A DNA stretch of 64,000 nucleotides from an uncultured Deferribacteres bacterium (lineage in GTDB: Bacteria; Zhuqueibacterota; Zhuqueibacteria; Zhuqueibacterales; Geothermadaptataceae): the NCBI GenBank assembly GCA_964014485.1, contig CAXHAT010000005.1, positions 95 through 64,094 of the forward strand. The letters run 5' to 3'. This document shows positions 46,807-55,487 of this stretch, piece after piece (within the stretch, counting starts at the first letter, position 1; the number at the start of each line of letters is the position of its first letter). A program made the position numbers and the translations under genes. The notes under the pieces were generated by a model. That model worked only from the letters and a program-made list of their open reading frames with translations. It was not told where the DNA came from and searched no databases.

Positions 46807-49800
46807 ATGAGAGGAATTGATTTTCTTAAAATTGTTGATTGCTGCCAAGTTCGGTGTTCCATTACTGTCCTGGGTGTTTTTTGTCTTTTTTATTCTTGCA
46901 CCCAAACCGAACTTAAATGGCGCCAAGAAGCCGGTTATCGTTGGGCGGAGTTGAACTTTTCCCGTTTCGGCGCTCCCGGTTTTGCCAGATTGCCCGGGGA
47001 AGAAACAGGAATAACCAAGATAAATAGCCTGACAAAAGAACAAATTGCCGCCAATCGCCATCTGCTGAACGGTTCCGGCGTCACAATCGGCGACGTGGAC
47101 GGAGACGGATTAGCTGACATTTATTTGTGTCAATTAGACGGAGCAAACGCGCTTTACAAAAACCTCGGGAACTGGAAATTCCAAAATATTACTGAAGCGG
47201 CTGGCGTCGCGTGCCAAAATCAATTTTCCACGGGTGCTGTATTCGCCGACATCGATGCGGACGGCGATCTCGATTTGCTTGTTACTGCGATTGGCGGGCC
47301 AAACGCTTGTTTTTTGAACGACGGAACCGGAAAGTTCACGGATTTCACGAAGGAATCGGGTATTGAATCCCAAACCGGCGCTATGTCGCTTTCTTTGGCA
47401 GATACGGAGGGGGACGGCGATTTAGATTTGTACGTCATCAACAATAAGAAGCATACGATTAAAGACCTTTATCCGGCGGCGCGACGGACAATCGACAGAA
47501 CCGTGAAAAAAGTCGGTGACAAGTACGAGGTCTTACCGGAATTCGCCGAACACTATTCAATCGAAATCCAGAGAGGCATGATGTTGCGTCGGCTTGAAAC
47601 TGCTGAGGCGGACATATATTTGTTGAACGACGGTACGGGCCGGTTCACAAAAGTCCCTTTGGCGAGCGGCGCTTTTATCGATGAAGACGGACGAGTTGCA
47701 CCGGAATATAAAGATTGGGGCTTGTCGGCAAGATTTCAAGATATGGACAACGACGGCGACCCCGATTTATACCTGTGCAACGATTTCGAAAGCCCGGATC
47801 GCGTCTGGATCAATGACGGCAAAGGCAATTTTCGCGCGATTGACAAGCTGGCCTTGCGCAGCGTCAGCGCCTCGTCGATGAGCGTGGATTTTTCAGACGT
47901 CAATCGTGACGGGCATATCGATTTTTTCCTGACGGAGATGCTGAGTCGTCGCCATGACCGGCGCAAACGCCAGCAAGGCCCGGTGACGCCGGAGTTGAAA
48001 ACCATCGGAAAATATGACGACCGGCCGCAATACATGCGCAACTCGTTGTTTTTGAATCGTGGAGATAACACCTACGCCGAGATTGGCCAGTTTGCCGGAA
48101 TCGACGCTTCCGAATGGTCATGGTCGCCGCTTTTCATGGATGTTGATCTGGACGGTTATGAAGATTTGTTGATCGTCACCGGCCATTATTACGACGGGAT
48201 GGATTCGGATACGCGCGCCAAATTATCAACGGCTTTGTCTCGGCAAATGAAGCGCACCGAGAGCGAGATTTTCCGCTACCCGCGCCTTGAAACGCAGAAT
48301 TTTGTATTCAGGAATCGTTGGGATTTGCATTTTGAAGATATGAGTAAAAATTGGGGCTTCAACGCAATCGATATTTCGCACGGCATGGCGATGGGCGATC
48401 TTGACAACGATGGAGATTTAGACGTCGTTTACAATAGTCTGGAATCGCCGCCCGGCATTTACCGCAACAATGCTCCGGGAGATCGGATCGCGGTGCGTCT
48501 AAAAGGGCTGCCCGGAAATTCGCAAGCAATCGGCGCGAAAATTCGAGTGATCGGCGGGCCGGTCGACCAGAGCAAGGAAGTCGTTTGCGGTGGAACTTAT
48601 CTGTCAGGTTCTGACCAAATCTATACCTTCGCGGCAAAAGAGGCGGGACAAGGATTGGCGATTGAGGTCGAGTGGCGCTCAGGCCAAATCACCCGTATTG
48701 AAAATGTTGTACGAAATCGGGTTTATGAGATCGATGAGCCAGTGGGAGGCGGAAGTGAGAAAGCAAAGCTGGCGGAATCGCAAACGCAGCCTTTTTTTGA
48801 AGATGTGAGCGACGACTTTGGGTATGTTCATTACGAAACGCCTTTCGACGACTTCCAACGCCAGCCGCTCTTGCCCAACCAATTGAGTCAATCGGGGCCC
48901 GCCGTTCTTTCAGCGGATTTTGACCGAGATCGCGACGATGATTTTTTTATTTCAACAGGCAGGGGCGGGAGACCGGCGGTTTTCAAAAATCAAGGGAACG
49001 GAAGTTTTTCTTTGATGGACGAAGATTGGCTGCGTATGCCTGCTGATTTGGACCAAGTCGCAGCCATTGGATGGCCTGAAGGCGAAGGCGTTTTTCGGCT
49101 TTTGATCGCCTATTCGAATTACGAAGACGAGACAAAAGAATCGCGCGTCGAGGAAATTGTTTTCAAAAATGGGCGGAGCGTTTCATCGAAAACGGTTGTT
49201 ACCTGCAAGCCTGCGATTGGCGCGCTTGCAGCGGCGGACTACGACCGTGACGGCGATCTCGATCTTTTCGTTGCCGGACGCGTGGCCCCGGGAAGATATC
49301 CTCAGCCTGTCTCGTCTTTTCTTTTTCGTAATGACGACGGCGAGTTTACGCTGGATGAACGAAATTCCGAGCAATTTGCCAAGATCGGCTTGACCTCCGG
49401 CGCCGTTTTTAGCGATCTGGACGGCGACGGCGATTCCGATCTTTTGCTCGCTGTGGAGTGGGGGGCGATTAATGTTTTTAAAAACAACGACGGCTCGTTT
49501 GAAAATGCGACCCAAGCTTTTGGCTTTGATGAATTTACGGGATGGTGGAACGGCGTAGCGACCGGCGATTTGAACGGCGATGGCAAGCCTGATATTGTCG
49601 CGACGAATTGGGGACTAAATACGAAATTTCGTGCATCGAAAGAGCGCCCGCTGCGCGTTTATTACAACGATTTTGACCGCAACGGCACGGTTGACGTTAT
49701 TCAAGCCTACTTCGATGAAACGTTACAAAAAATCGTCCCTGAGACAAGCTTGGCGCTGATTGGCCCGGCGATGCCGTTTGTCCTTTCGCAAATAAGATCG

Positions 49801-50526
49801 TTCGAGCAATTCGGCTCGGCGGGAATCGATGACGTTCTTGGCGGGCGTGCAAACCGGGCAAAAGTATTGTCGGCGAATACGCTGGAAAATATGGTTTTTC
49901 TGAATGAAGGCGACCACTTCCAACCCTTGCCCATGCCTGCGGAAGCGCAATTCTCCCCCGCCTTTTTTGCAGGCGTCGCCGATTTTGACAACGATGGTTT
50001 TGAAGATGTTTTTTTGAGCCAGAATTTTTTCGCGACCAATATCGAAACCGCGCGCAGCGACGGCGGTCGCGGGTTGTGGTTGAAGGGCGACGGCACCGGA
50101 AATCTCACCGCTGTGCCAGGGCAAGAGTCGGGGGTTAAAGTTTACGGCGAACAACGCGGAGCCGCGCTGGCGGACTTTGATGGGGACAATCGCACAGATT
50201 TGATTGTTTCGCAAAACGGAGCGAATACGAAATTTTTCAAAAATACAGGCGCGAAGAAAGGCGTACGCGTTCGTTTGGTCGGCGCTCCAAGTAATCCTGG
50301 GGCCGTCGGCGCAGCAGTTCGATTGGTTTTTGGTGATGAATTTGGGCCTGTTCGCGAAATTCAAGCGGGATCGGGCTACGCCGCTCAAAACAGTGCTGCG
50401 CTGCCTTTTGGCAAGACGGGAGTGCCGACCGGCGTTTGGGTGCGGTGGCCTGACGGTTCGGAAACGAGAACCGAGATAGAAACGCTTGTTGGTGAAGTTG
50501 TGATAAAATATGCTCACAATCGCTGA
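46807..50526 (+). CDS. large FG-GAP/VCBS-repeat protein with two ASPIC/UnbV domains (CRTAC1-like), lipoprotein L1
   Basis: Lipobox: FCLFYSCTQ. Many DxDGDGxxD FG-GAP blades (GDVDGDGLADIYLC, ADIDADGDLDLLV, ...). Two UnbV/ASPIC-like modules are present (RIAVRLKGLPGNSQAIGAKIRVIGG...GGTYLSGSD...VEWRSGQ and GVRVRLVGAPSNPGAVGAAVRL...GSGYAAQNS...VRWPDGS). The start is the ATG at 46807 or the TTG at 46798, which overlaps the transposase stop. Confidence 0.85.
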   Translation: MRGIDFLKIVDCCQVRCSITVLGVFCLFYSCTQTELKWRQEAGYRWAELNFSRFGAPGFARLPGEETGITKINSLTKEQIAANRHLLNGSGVTIGDVDGDGLADIYLCQLDGANALYKNLGNWKFQNITEAAGVACQNQFSTGAVFADIDADGDLDLLVTAIGGPNACFLNDGTGKFTDFTKESGIESQTGAMSLSLADTEGDGDLDLYVINNKKHTIKDLYPAARRTIDRTVKKVGDKYEVLPEFAEHYSIEIQRGMMLRRLETAEADIYLLNDGTGRFTKVPLASGAFIDEDGRVAPEYKDWGLSARFQDMDNDGDPDLYLCNDFESPDRVWINDGKGNFRAIDKLALRSVSASSMSVDFSDVNRDGHIDFFLTEMLSRRHDRRKRQQGPVTPELKTIGKYDDRPQYMRNSLFLNRGDNTYAEIGQFAGIDASEWSWSPLFMDVDLDGYEDLLIVTGHYYDGMDSDTRAKLSTALSRQMKRTESEIFRYPRLETQNFVFRNRWDLHFEDMSKNWGFNAIDISHGMAMGDLDNDGDLDVVYNSLESPPGIYRNNAPGDRIAVRLKGLPGNSQAIGAKIRVIGGPVDQSKEVVCGGTYLSGSDQIYTFAAKEAGQGLAIEVEWRSGQITRIENVVRNRVYEIDEPVGGGSEKAKLAESQTQPFFEDVSDDFGYVHYETPFDDFQRQPLLPNQLSQSGPAVLSADFDRDRDDDFFISTGRGGRPAVFKNQGNGSFSLMDEDWLRMPADLDQVAAIGWPEGEGVFRLLIAYSNYEDETKESRVEEIVFKNGRSVSSKTVVTCKPAIGALAAADYDRDGDLDLFVAGRVAPGRYPQPVSSFLFRNDDGEFTLDERNSEQFAKIGLTSGAVFSDLDGDGDSDLLLAVEWGAINVFKNNDGSFENATQAFGFDEFTGWWNGVATGDLNGDGKPDIVATNWGLNTKFRASKERPLRVYYNDFDRNGTVDVIQAYFDETLQKIVPETSLALIGPAMPFVLSQIRSFEQFGSAGIDDVLGGRANRAKVLSANTLENMVFLNEGDHFQPLPMPAEAQFSPAFFAGVADFDNDGFEDVFLSQNFFATNIETARSDGGRGLWLKGDGTGNLTAVPGQESGVKVYGEQRGAALADFDGDNRTDLIVSQNGANTKFFKNTGAKKGVRVRLVGAPSNPGAVGAAVRLVFGDEFGPVREIQAGSGYAAQNSAALPFGKTGVPTGVWVRWPDGSETRTEIETLVGEVVIKYAHNR

Positions 50527-50626
50527 CTTGAAGAATAAAAAGGAAGGCTAAAAAAGCCTTGTGAATTCGCTTTTCTCAAATATATTTTTCACTATCTGAC
50601 ACTTTTTTATAGGCTTCTAAAGCTAG

Positions 50627-50787
50627 CGAAAAAAGCCGGAATTGTCATGCTGGAAGCATCTTTTTTTATCCGACCCTTGAACTTTTGAGCATGATCTGTA
50701 CTGGGCGATAACAAAGATTCTTTCAGAATGACAAAACGGGGCCTTTCGACGGCTCGAAAATGCAGTTTACAAAAAAGTGTCAGGTAA
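50627..50787 (+). mobile_element. MITE-like element, family B, copy B2
   Basis: gcgaaaaaagccggaattgtcatgctggaagcatcttttttt ... ctttcagaatgacaaaacggggcctttcg ... tttacaaaaaagtgtcaggtaa is collinear with B1. The exception is a ~20-nt segment present only in B1. Confidence 0.75.
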
Positions 50788-50914
50788 AGAGATATATTTT
50801 ATTGTTTTCAAAGGAACAAACTCCCCCGATTTGAGTGTAATGTCGGTCGGTTAAAATCCGGGACTTTAGAATATTAAAAATACTTTGTTTAGAAGAAATT
50901 GTGAGGAAACTGCT

Positions 50915-51094
50915 ATGAAAAGAATCTTGAATTTTTTGAGAGTTAAGCTGCCGGCTCTTTTGCTCGTTTTTCTTTTGGGCATTCCGGTTTTGACAACGCT
51001 GACAGCCTGCGGAGACGAACCGATTAACGGCCCAAGACTCGAAGAGGACGTTCCTGATCCCAATGACAGGGAAGGCGGTTCCGAGAGCGATTGA
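50915..51094 (+). CDS. 59-aa predicted lipoprotein
   Basis: The ATG at 50915 is preceded by gtgaggaa. Signal plus lipobox: LLLVFLLGIPVLTTLTACGDE. It has an acidic/Pro-rich mature tail and its own terminator directly downstream. Confidence 0.5.
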   Translation: MKRILNFLRVKLPALLLVFLLGIPVLTTLTACGDEPINGPRLEEDVPDPNDREGGSESD

Positions 51095-51117
51095 AAAATT
51101 TCTAAACCTGCTGAGAG

Positions 51118-51155
51118 AAAAGCCCTTCAGTTCATAATTCTGAAGGGCTTTTTTA
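51118..51155 (+). terminator. rho-independent terminator
   Basis: aaagcccttcag ttcataatt ctgaagggcttt is a 12-bp stem followed by ttt. Confidence 0.8.
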
Positions 51156-51319
51156 GTGTAAGCGTTGGTTGTGCGAGTATTGCCCCTGTCTGTTGATGTT
51201 TGTAATTTTTTAAATATGATGGTTTGAACAGCCGCTCCAAAACTATGGGCTGAGAGCAAAATCGTTCAGCATTGATTTTTGAGTTAATACTTGGGAAAAT
51301 TCATGTTCGTGGAGGATGA

Positions 51320-52072
51320 GTGTTGTTTCGAAAATATGTGATATTTTTATGCGTCTGCCTAAGCGGATGCCAGGCAAATCAAGAAGAAAAACCCGTGTTG
51401 GAGACGCGCGATCAAAAGTACAGCTACGGCCTTGGCGTTGAGATGGGAGAAGGGCTGCGTTTGCTGCAAGTCGAATTTCCCGATCTTGACCCGGAGCTTG
51501 TTGCCAGAGGGTTGCGAGATGCGCTGGAGAGAAGAGAGCTTCTCGCAAGTCAAACCGAATTGAAAAAGGCCAAGCTTTTTACGGAAGACATGCTCATGGA
51601 AAAGCGGGTGCAGACCCATATCAAAAATGATCCTGAGTTTGAGGCGCTGCTGCAAAAGAACAAGGAAGAAAGCGAGGCTTTTCTTGGAAAGAACCGCACT
51701 CGGGAAGGCGTTGTTGTGACGGCGAGCGGCGTGCAGTACGAAATAATTCGTGCGGGCGAGGGCAAAAGCCCGAAGGCGAAGGACGAAGTATTGATGCATC
51801 TTCGCGGAACGCTGATCGACGGTACGGAATTCGATAATTCGCGAAAGGCTTTCGGTACGCCGGTGAAATACCGGGTTCAGCATTTGATTCGCGGATTTAG
51901 CGAAGTAATCCAACTGATGCAGGAAGGCGCGAAGTGGAAGCTCTATATTCCTTCTGATCTGGCCTACGGAAAAGGCGGTCGCGAGCCAAACATTGGACCC
52001 AACATGGCGCTTGTTTTTGAAGTGGAAGTGGTCGAAGTTATTCCGAACCAATACGAATATAAGAGAAAATAA
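51320..52072 (+). CDS. FKBP-type peptidyl-prolyl cis-trans isomerase (FkpA/Mip-like), lipoprotein
   Basis: GTG start preceded by ggagga. Lipobox: CVCLSGCQ. FKBP_C block: GVQYEIIRAGEGKSPKAKDEVLMHLRGTLIDGTEFDNS...VIQLMQEGAKWKLYIPSDLAYG...PNMALVFEVEVVEV. Confidence 0.9.
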   Translation: MLFRKYVIFLCVCLSGCQANQEEKPVLETRDQKYSYGLGVEMGEGLRLLQVEFPDLDPELVARGLRDALERRELLASQTELKKAKLFTEDMLMEKRVQTHIKNDPEFEALLQKNKEESEAFLGKNRTREGVVVTASGVQYEIIRAGEGKSPKAKDEVLMHLRGTLIDGTEFDNSRKAFGTPVKYRVQHLIRGFSEVIQLMQEGAKWKLYIPSDLAYGKGGREPNIGPNMALVFEVEVVEVIPNQYEYKRK

Positions 52073-52188
52073 CCGATTATTCCGCCGTTGTTGAAACTTG
52101 CCGAAGCGATAGTGAATTGCCGCACTTCCGCGATAATTTACTCAAGCTTGTCATATTTGATTTAACCCATGAAATTTGAGCGTAACCC

Positions 52189-53949
52189 GTGCTGGGCGAC
52201 AACATAGCTTTTTTCAGAACGGCAAGTCGGAGGGCTTCGTCAATCGCCTCGTCAGCATCAGTTTTTTTAAACTGTGCGGTCATTCTATGGGTTGGAGTTG
52301 CGGGCTGTGGAAAAAACGCCGGTACGAACGGAGCCGCCGATGCAGTTGACGCTGCTCCAGTTTTTTCTGAGATTTCCGGACAAAGTCAACTTGCCTTTAC
52401 CCACTTCACCGGCTATGACAGCACCTATTTTGTGCCCGAAAGCATCGGCTCCGGCGCTGCGTTGCTCGACTACGACAACGACGGCGATCTTGACGTTTAT
52501 TTCGTAAACGGCGCGCCGCACGGGCGGAATCGGCGTGATCAACCCAAACCGAAAAATCAGCTTTTTAGGCAAGAGACCGACAAGACGTTCACCAATGTTA
52601 CGGATGCTTCCGGCTTGGGCGACACAGGCTATGGAATGGGCGTTGCGGTCGGCGATATTGACAACGACGGTTTTGTTGACGTCTATATTTCGAATTACGG
52701 CCCCGATAAGCTCTACCGCAACAACGGCGACGGCTCCTTTACCGACATTACCCGAAGCGCGAGAATCGTGAATCGAAATTGGGGGTGTTCGGTGGTTTTC
52801 TTTGACGGCGACATGGACGGTTTCCTGGATATTTTTGTGACGAATTACCTGGCTTATAATCCGTCCAATCAATGCGTTTATGAGGCTGGGAGTCAGGATT
52901 ATTGCGGGCCCGCAGGTTTTCCCGGCGTTGCTGACGTTTTGTACCGCAATAACGGTGACTTGACTTTTACGGATGTTTCACGGAAGGCGGGCGTCGCAGG
53001 CGTTGCTTTGCGCGGCCTCGGAGTCGTGAGCGCGGATTTTGACGGTGATCATCTTCCCGACGTTTACGTTGCCAATGACGGCGATCCAAACATATTGTGG
53101 GTTAACCAAGGTGACGGCACATTTACGGATGCTGCGTTGCGCATGGGTGCGGCGTTTAACGAAATGGGGCGTCCGGAAGCCGGGATGGGCGTCGCGGTCG
53201 GTGACGTTGACAACGACGCGGATTTTGATATTTTTATCTCACACTTGCGCGGTGAAAGCAATACTTTTTACCGTAAGCAAGCGTTCGGCTTTCAGGATGA
53301 CTCAGCGCCTTCCGGCATTGAAGGAAAGAGTCTGCCTTACACCGGTTTTGGAACCGGCTTCCTGGATTTTGAGAACGACGGCGATCTTGATCTTGCCGTT
53401 GTCAACGGGCGGGTGACGCGCGGCATGTTGCTTTCAAAGAAGCAGGCTGCGGAACATTGGGATTATTACGCCGAGCCAAATCTTCTTTTTGAAAATGACG
53501 GCGACGGTCGTTTTACGACAATTGGAGAAGCGGGAGATTTTTCCACGCTGATCGAAAACAGTCGAGGGTTGGCGATTGGAGACCTCGACAACGACGGCGG
53601 TGTTGACGCCTTGGTTACAAACGGCGGCGGAGATGCGCGTCTGTTTCGAAACGTTTCTGTTGAGAGAGGGCACTGGCTGATTGTTCGCGCCCTGAACCCA
53701 AAATTGAAGCGTGACGCTTACGGCGCCCAGGTAACAACGCATTTCGCCGGCAGAAAACTAACACGACTAATACAGCCCGGCTACAGTTTTCTGAGCAGCA
53801 ACGATCCGCGCGCACATTTCGGCTTAGGTGATTCAGCAGAGATTGACAGCCTGGTTGTTCAATGGCCGGACGGTGCAAAAGAGAAGTTTGTTGTGGATAG
53901 CGTAGACCGTATTTTGACCGTGGAGAAAGGAACGGGCGACCAAAATTGA
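52189..53949 (+). CDS. CRTAC1-family protein (FG-GAP/VCBS propeller + C-terminal ASPIC/UnbV), S1
   Basis: Lipobox-like VGVAGCG. Other blocks: PESIGSGAALLDYDNDGDLDVYFVNG, VGDIDNDGFVDVYISNYG, and C-terminal WLIVRALNP..RDAYGAQV......SFLSSNDPRAHFGLG...VQWPDG. The GTG start is uncertain. Confidence 0.85.
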   Translation: MLGDNIAFFRTASRRASSIASSASVFLNCAVILWVGVAGCGKNAGTNGAADAVDAAPVFSEISGQSQLAFTHFTGYDSTYFVPESIGSGAALLDYDNDGDLDVYFVNGAPHGRNRRDQPKPKNQLFRQETDKTFTNVTDASGLGDTGYGMGVAVGDIDNDGFVDVYISNYGPDKLYRNNGDGSFTDITRSARIVNRNWGCSVVFFDGDMDGFLDIFVTNYLAYNPSNQCVYEAGSQDYCGPAGFPGVADVLYRNNGDLTFTDVSRKAGVAGVALRGLGVVSADFDGDHLPDVYVANDGDPNILWVNQGDGTFTDAALRMGAAFNEMGRPEAGMGVAVGDVDNDADFDIFISHLRGESNTFYRKQAFGFQDDSAPSGIEGKSLPYTGFGTGFLDFENDGDLDLAVVNGRVTRGMLLSKKQAAEHWDYYAEPNLLFENDGDGRFTTIGEAGDFSTLIENSRGLAIGDLDNDGGVDALVTNGGGDARLFRNVSVERGHWLIVRALNPKLKRDAYGAQVTTHFAGRKLTRLIQPGYSFLSSNDPRAHFGLGDSAEIDSLVVQWPDGAKEKFVVDSVDRILTVEKGTGDQN

Positions 53950-54010
53950 TGCTTCTGGTGTTCTTCAATAGATCCACCCGCTTCACTTGCCATTCGACGA
54001 CCTTGAGTAG

Positions 54011-55486
54011 ATGCTAAAACTCATTTGGCCTTTAAGCAAATCTTTACTATTCCTCAAAATCCTGATCGCCGCCGGAATTGCTGCGGCGAATTTTTCCTGC
54101 CAGAATTCATCCTCAAGCTTTGCAGATTTCCCCGAACCGAATTTCTCCGGCACTGAAAAACAGGTCGTTGAAAAAATAATGAAATTGCGCTCGACGGTTG
54201 AGAAAAACCCAGACTTAGGCTCGGCCTGGGGCAAGCTGGGGATGAACTTCGACGTGCATGATTTCCAGCGCGAAGCGATATTTTGCTATGAACGTGCGAC
54301 CGCACTGGATTCAGCCGATTTTCGGTGGCCGTATTTTTATGCGCTCCTTTTGAACGAGGTTGGCGATCAAAATGCGTTTGCCTGGTTCGAGCGTTGCCGC
54401 GAAATGGACCCTGATTATCTGCCTCTTCTTGCTCATCTCGGGGAAGCCTCTCTAAACCGTGGAAAAATGGCCGAAGCTGCGGCCGCTTTTGAGCGCGCAT
54501 TGTCGCTAAATTCAAATTCGATTTATGCGCGAATTGGGCTTTCGCGAATCGCCTTGCGAGAAGGAAAGGCGGAGCTAAGTCGGCAACACTTGATAACAGC
54601 GACGGAGATAGATACTTTGTCGCGTGAAGTATATGGTTTGCTGGCGGAAACTTATCGCAGGCTTGGCAGGGGCGCCGAAGCTGAAGACGCCCAAAAGCGG
54701 GCGCAAGCGCTCCCGATGGTGACGGAAATACAAGATTCAGTGCGCGACGAATTGGCGGCGGAAGGCGAAAGCGCTTATTGGTATCGAATACGCGGCGATA
54801 AATTGTTGAGTCAGGGAGAATTTGAAAAGGCGGCGCATCAGTTTGAAAAAGCATTGGTTTTTAAACCAAGCCGAAGCGGGAGCGTATTTCTTGCGGATTT
54901 ATTCGAGAAAGCCGCCAATTTTTCAAAAGCGAAAGAGCATTTCCTCGCCGCGATTCGCCTCAATCCTTCGGACGCAGATTTGTATGTAAGCCTTGGGAAA
55001 ACATTGTCTAAGCTTGGAGATTTCAAAGGTGCGATCGATTGGACGAACAGCGGGCTGCGAATGAATCCGCGCCATCCTGACCTTTACGAAAACCTGGCGA
55101 ATTTTCATTTGGCTATCGGCCACCCGAAAGACGCAATTGCCGCGTATCAGGATGGGTTGCGCTTCACGGGCGGCAACATCTTTTTGGCCACGCGCTTTGG
55201 GTGGTTGCTCGCTTCAGGGACTGATGCAAATTACAGAGACGGCGCAAAAGCCGTGGAAATTCTCGAACGAGTTTGTGAAAAAATAAATTTTCAAAGCCCT
55301 GAGCCCATTGATGCGCTTGCCGCCGCATATGCAGAAAGCGGCGACTTTGGCCGCGCCGTTGAATTTGCCAATCGCGCCAGGAAGCAAGCGATAGCCTTGG
55401 AAGGCCGCGAATTAGCCGCCGACATTGAAAAAAGAATAGCGCTTTACAAGTCTGGAAAAGCGTATCGAATCTCGGAGGAGCGATAA
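54011..55486 (+). CDS. TPR-repeat protein T1
   Basis: 491 aa with a signal-like N-terminus. It has multiple 34-aa TPR units (AWGKLGMNFDVHDFQREAIFCYERATALD, ..., LYVSLGKTLSKLGDFKGAIDWTNSGLRMNP). It is paralogous to 57280-58302. Confidence 0.85.
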   Translation: MLKLIWPLSKSLLFLKILIAAGIAAANFSCQNSSSSFADFPEPNFSGTEKQVVEKIMKLRSTVEKNPDLGSAWGKLGMNFDVHDFQREAIFCYERATALDSADFRWPYFYALLLNEVGDQNAFAWFERCREMDPDYLPLLAHLGEASLNRGKMAEAAAAFERALSLNSNSIYARIGLSRIALREGKAELSRQHLITATEIDTLSREVYGLLAETYRRLGRGAEAEDAQKRAQALPMVTEIQDSVRDELAAEGESAYWYRIRGDKLLSQGEFEKAAHQFEKALVFKPSRSGSVFLADLFEKAANFSKAKEHFLAAIRLNPSDADLYVSLGKTLSKLGDFKGAIDWTNSGLRMNPRHPDLYENLANFHLAIGHPKDAIAAYQDGLRFTGGNIFLATRFGWLLASGTDANYRDGAKAVEILERVCEKINFQSPEPIDALAAAYAESGDFGRAVEFANRARKQAIALEGRELAADIEKRIALYKSGKAYRISEER

Positions 55487-55487
55487 C

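Noticed and set aside
49723-50517. 264-aa antisense ORF in L1. Similar long antisense ORFs lie at 60159-60941, 54054-54854, 51359-52051, 52285-52872, 27841-28515 and 16986-17624.
   Set aside because: All lie opposite confidently assigned genes and have Arg-rich, featureless translations with no signals. They are shadow frames of GC-biased codon usage.
50780-51259. 159-aa minus-strand ORF.
   Set aside because: It spans MITE B2 and a plus-strand terminator hairpin and has no family resemblance. The small plus-strand lipoprotein ORF explains the region better.
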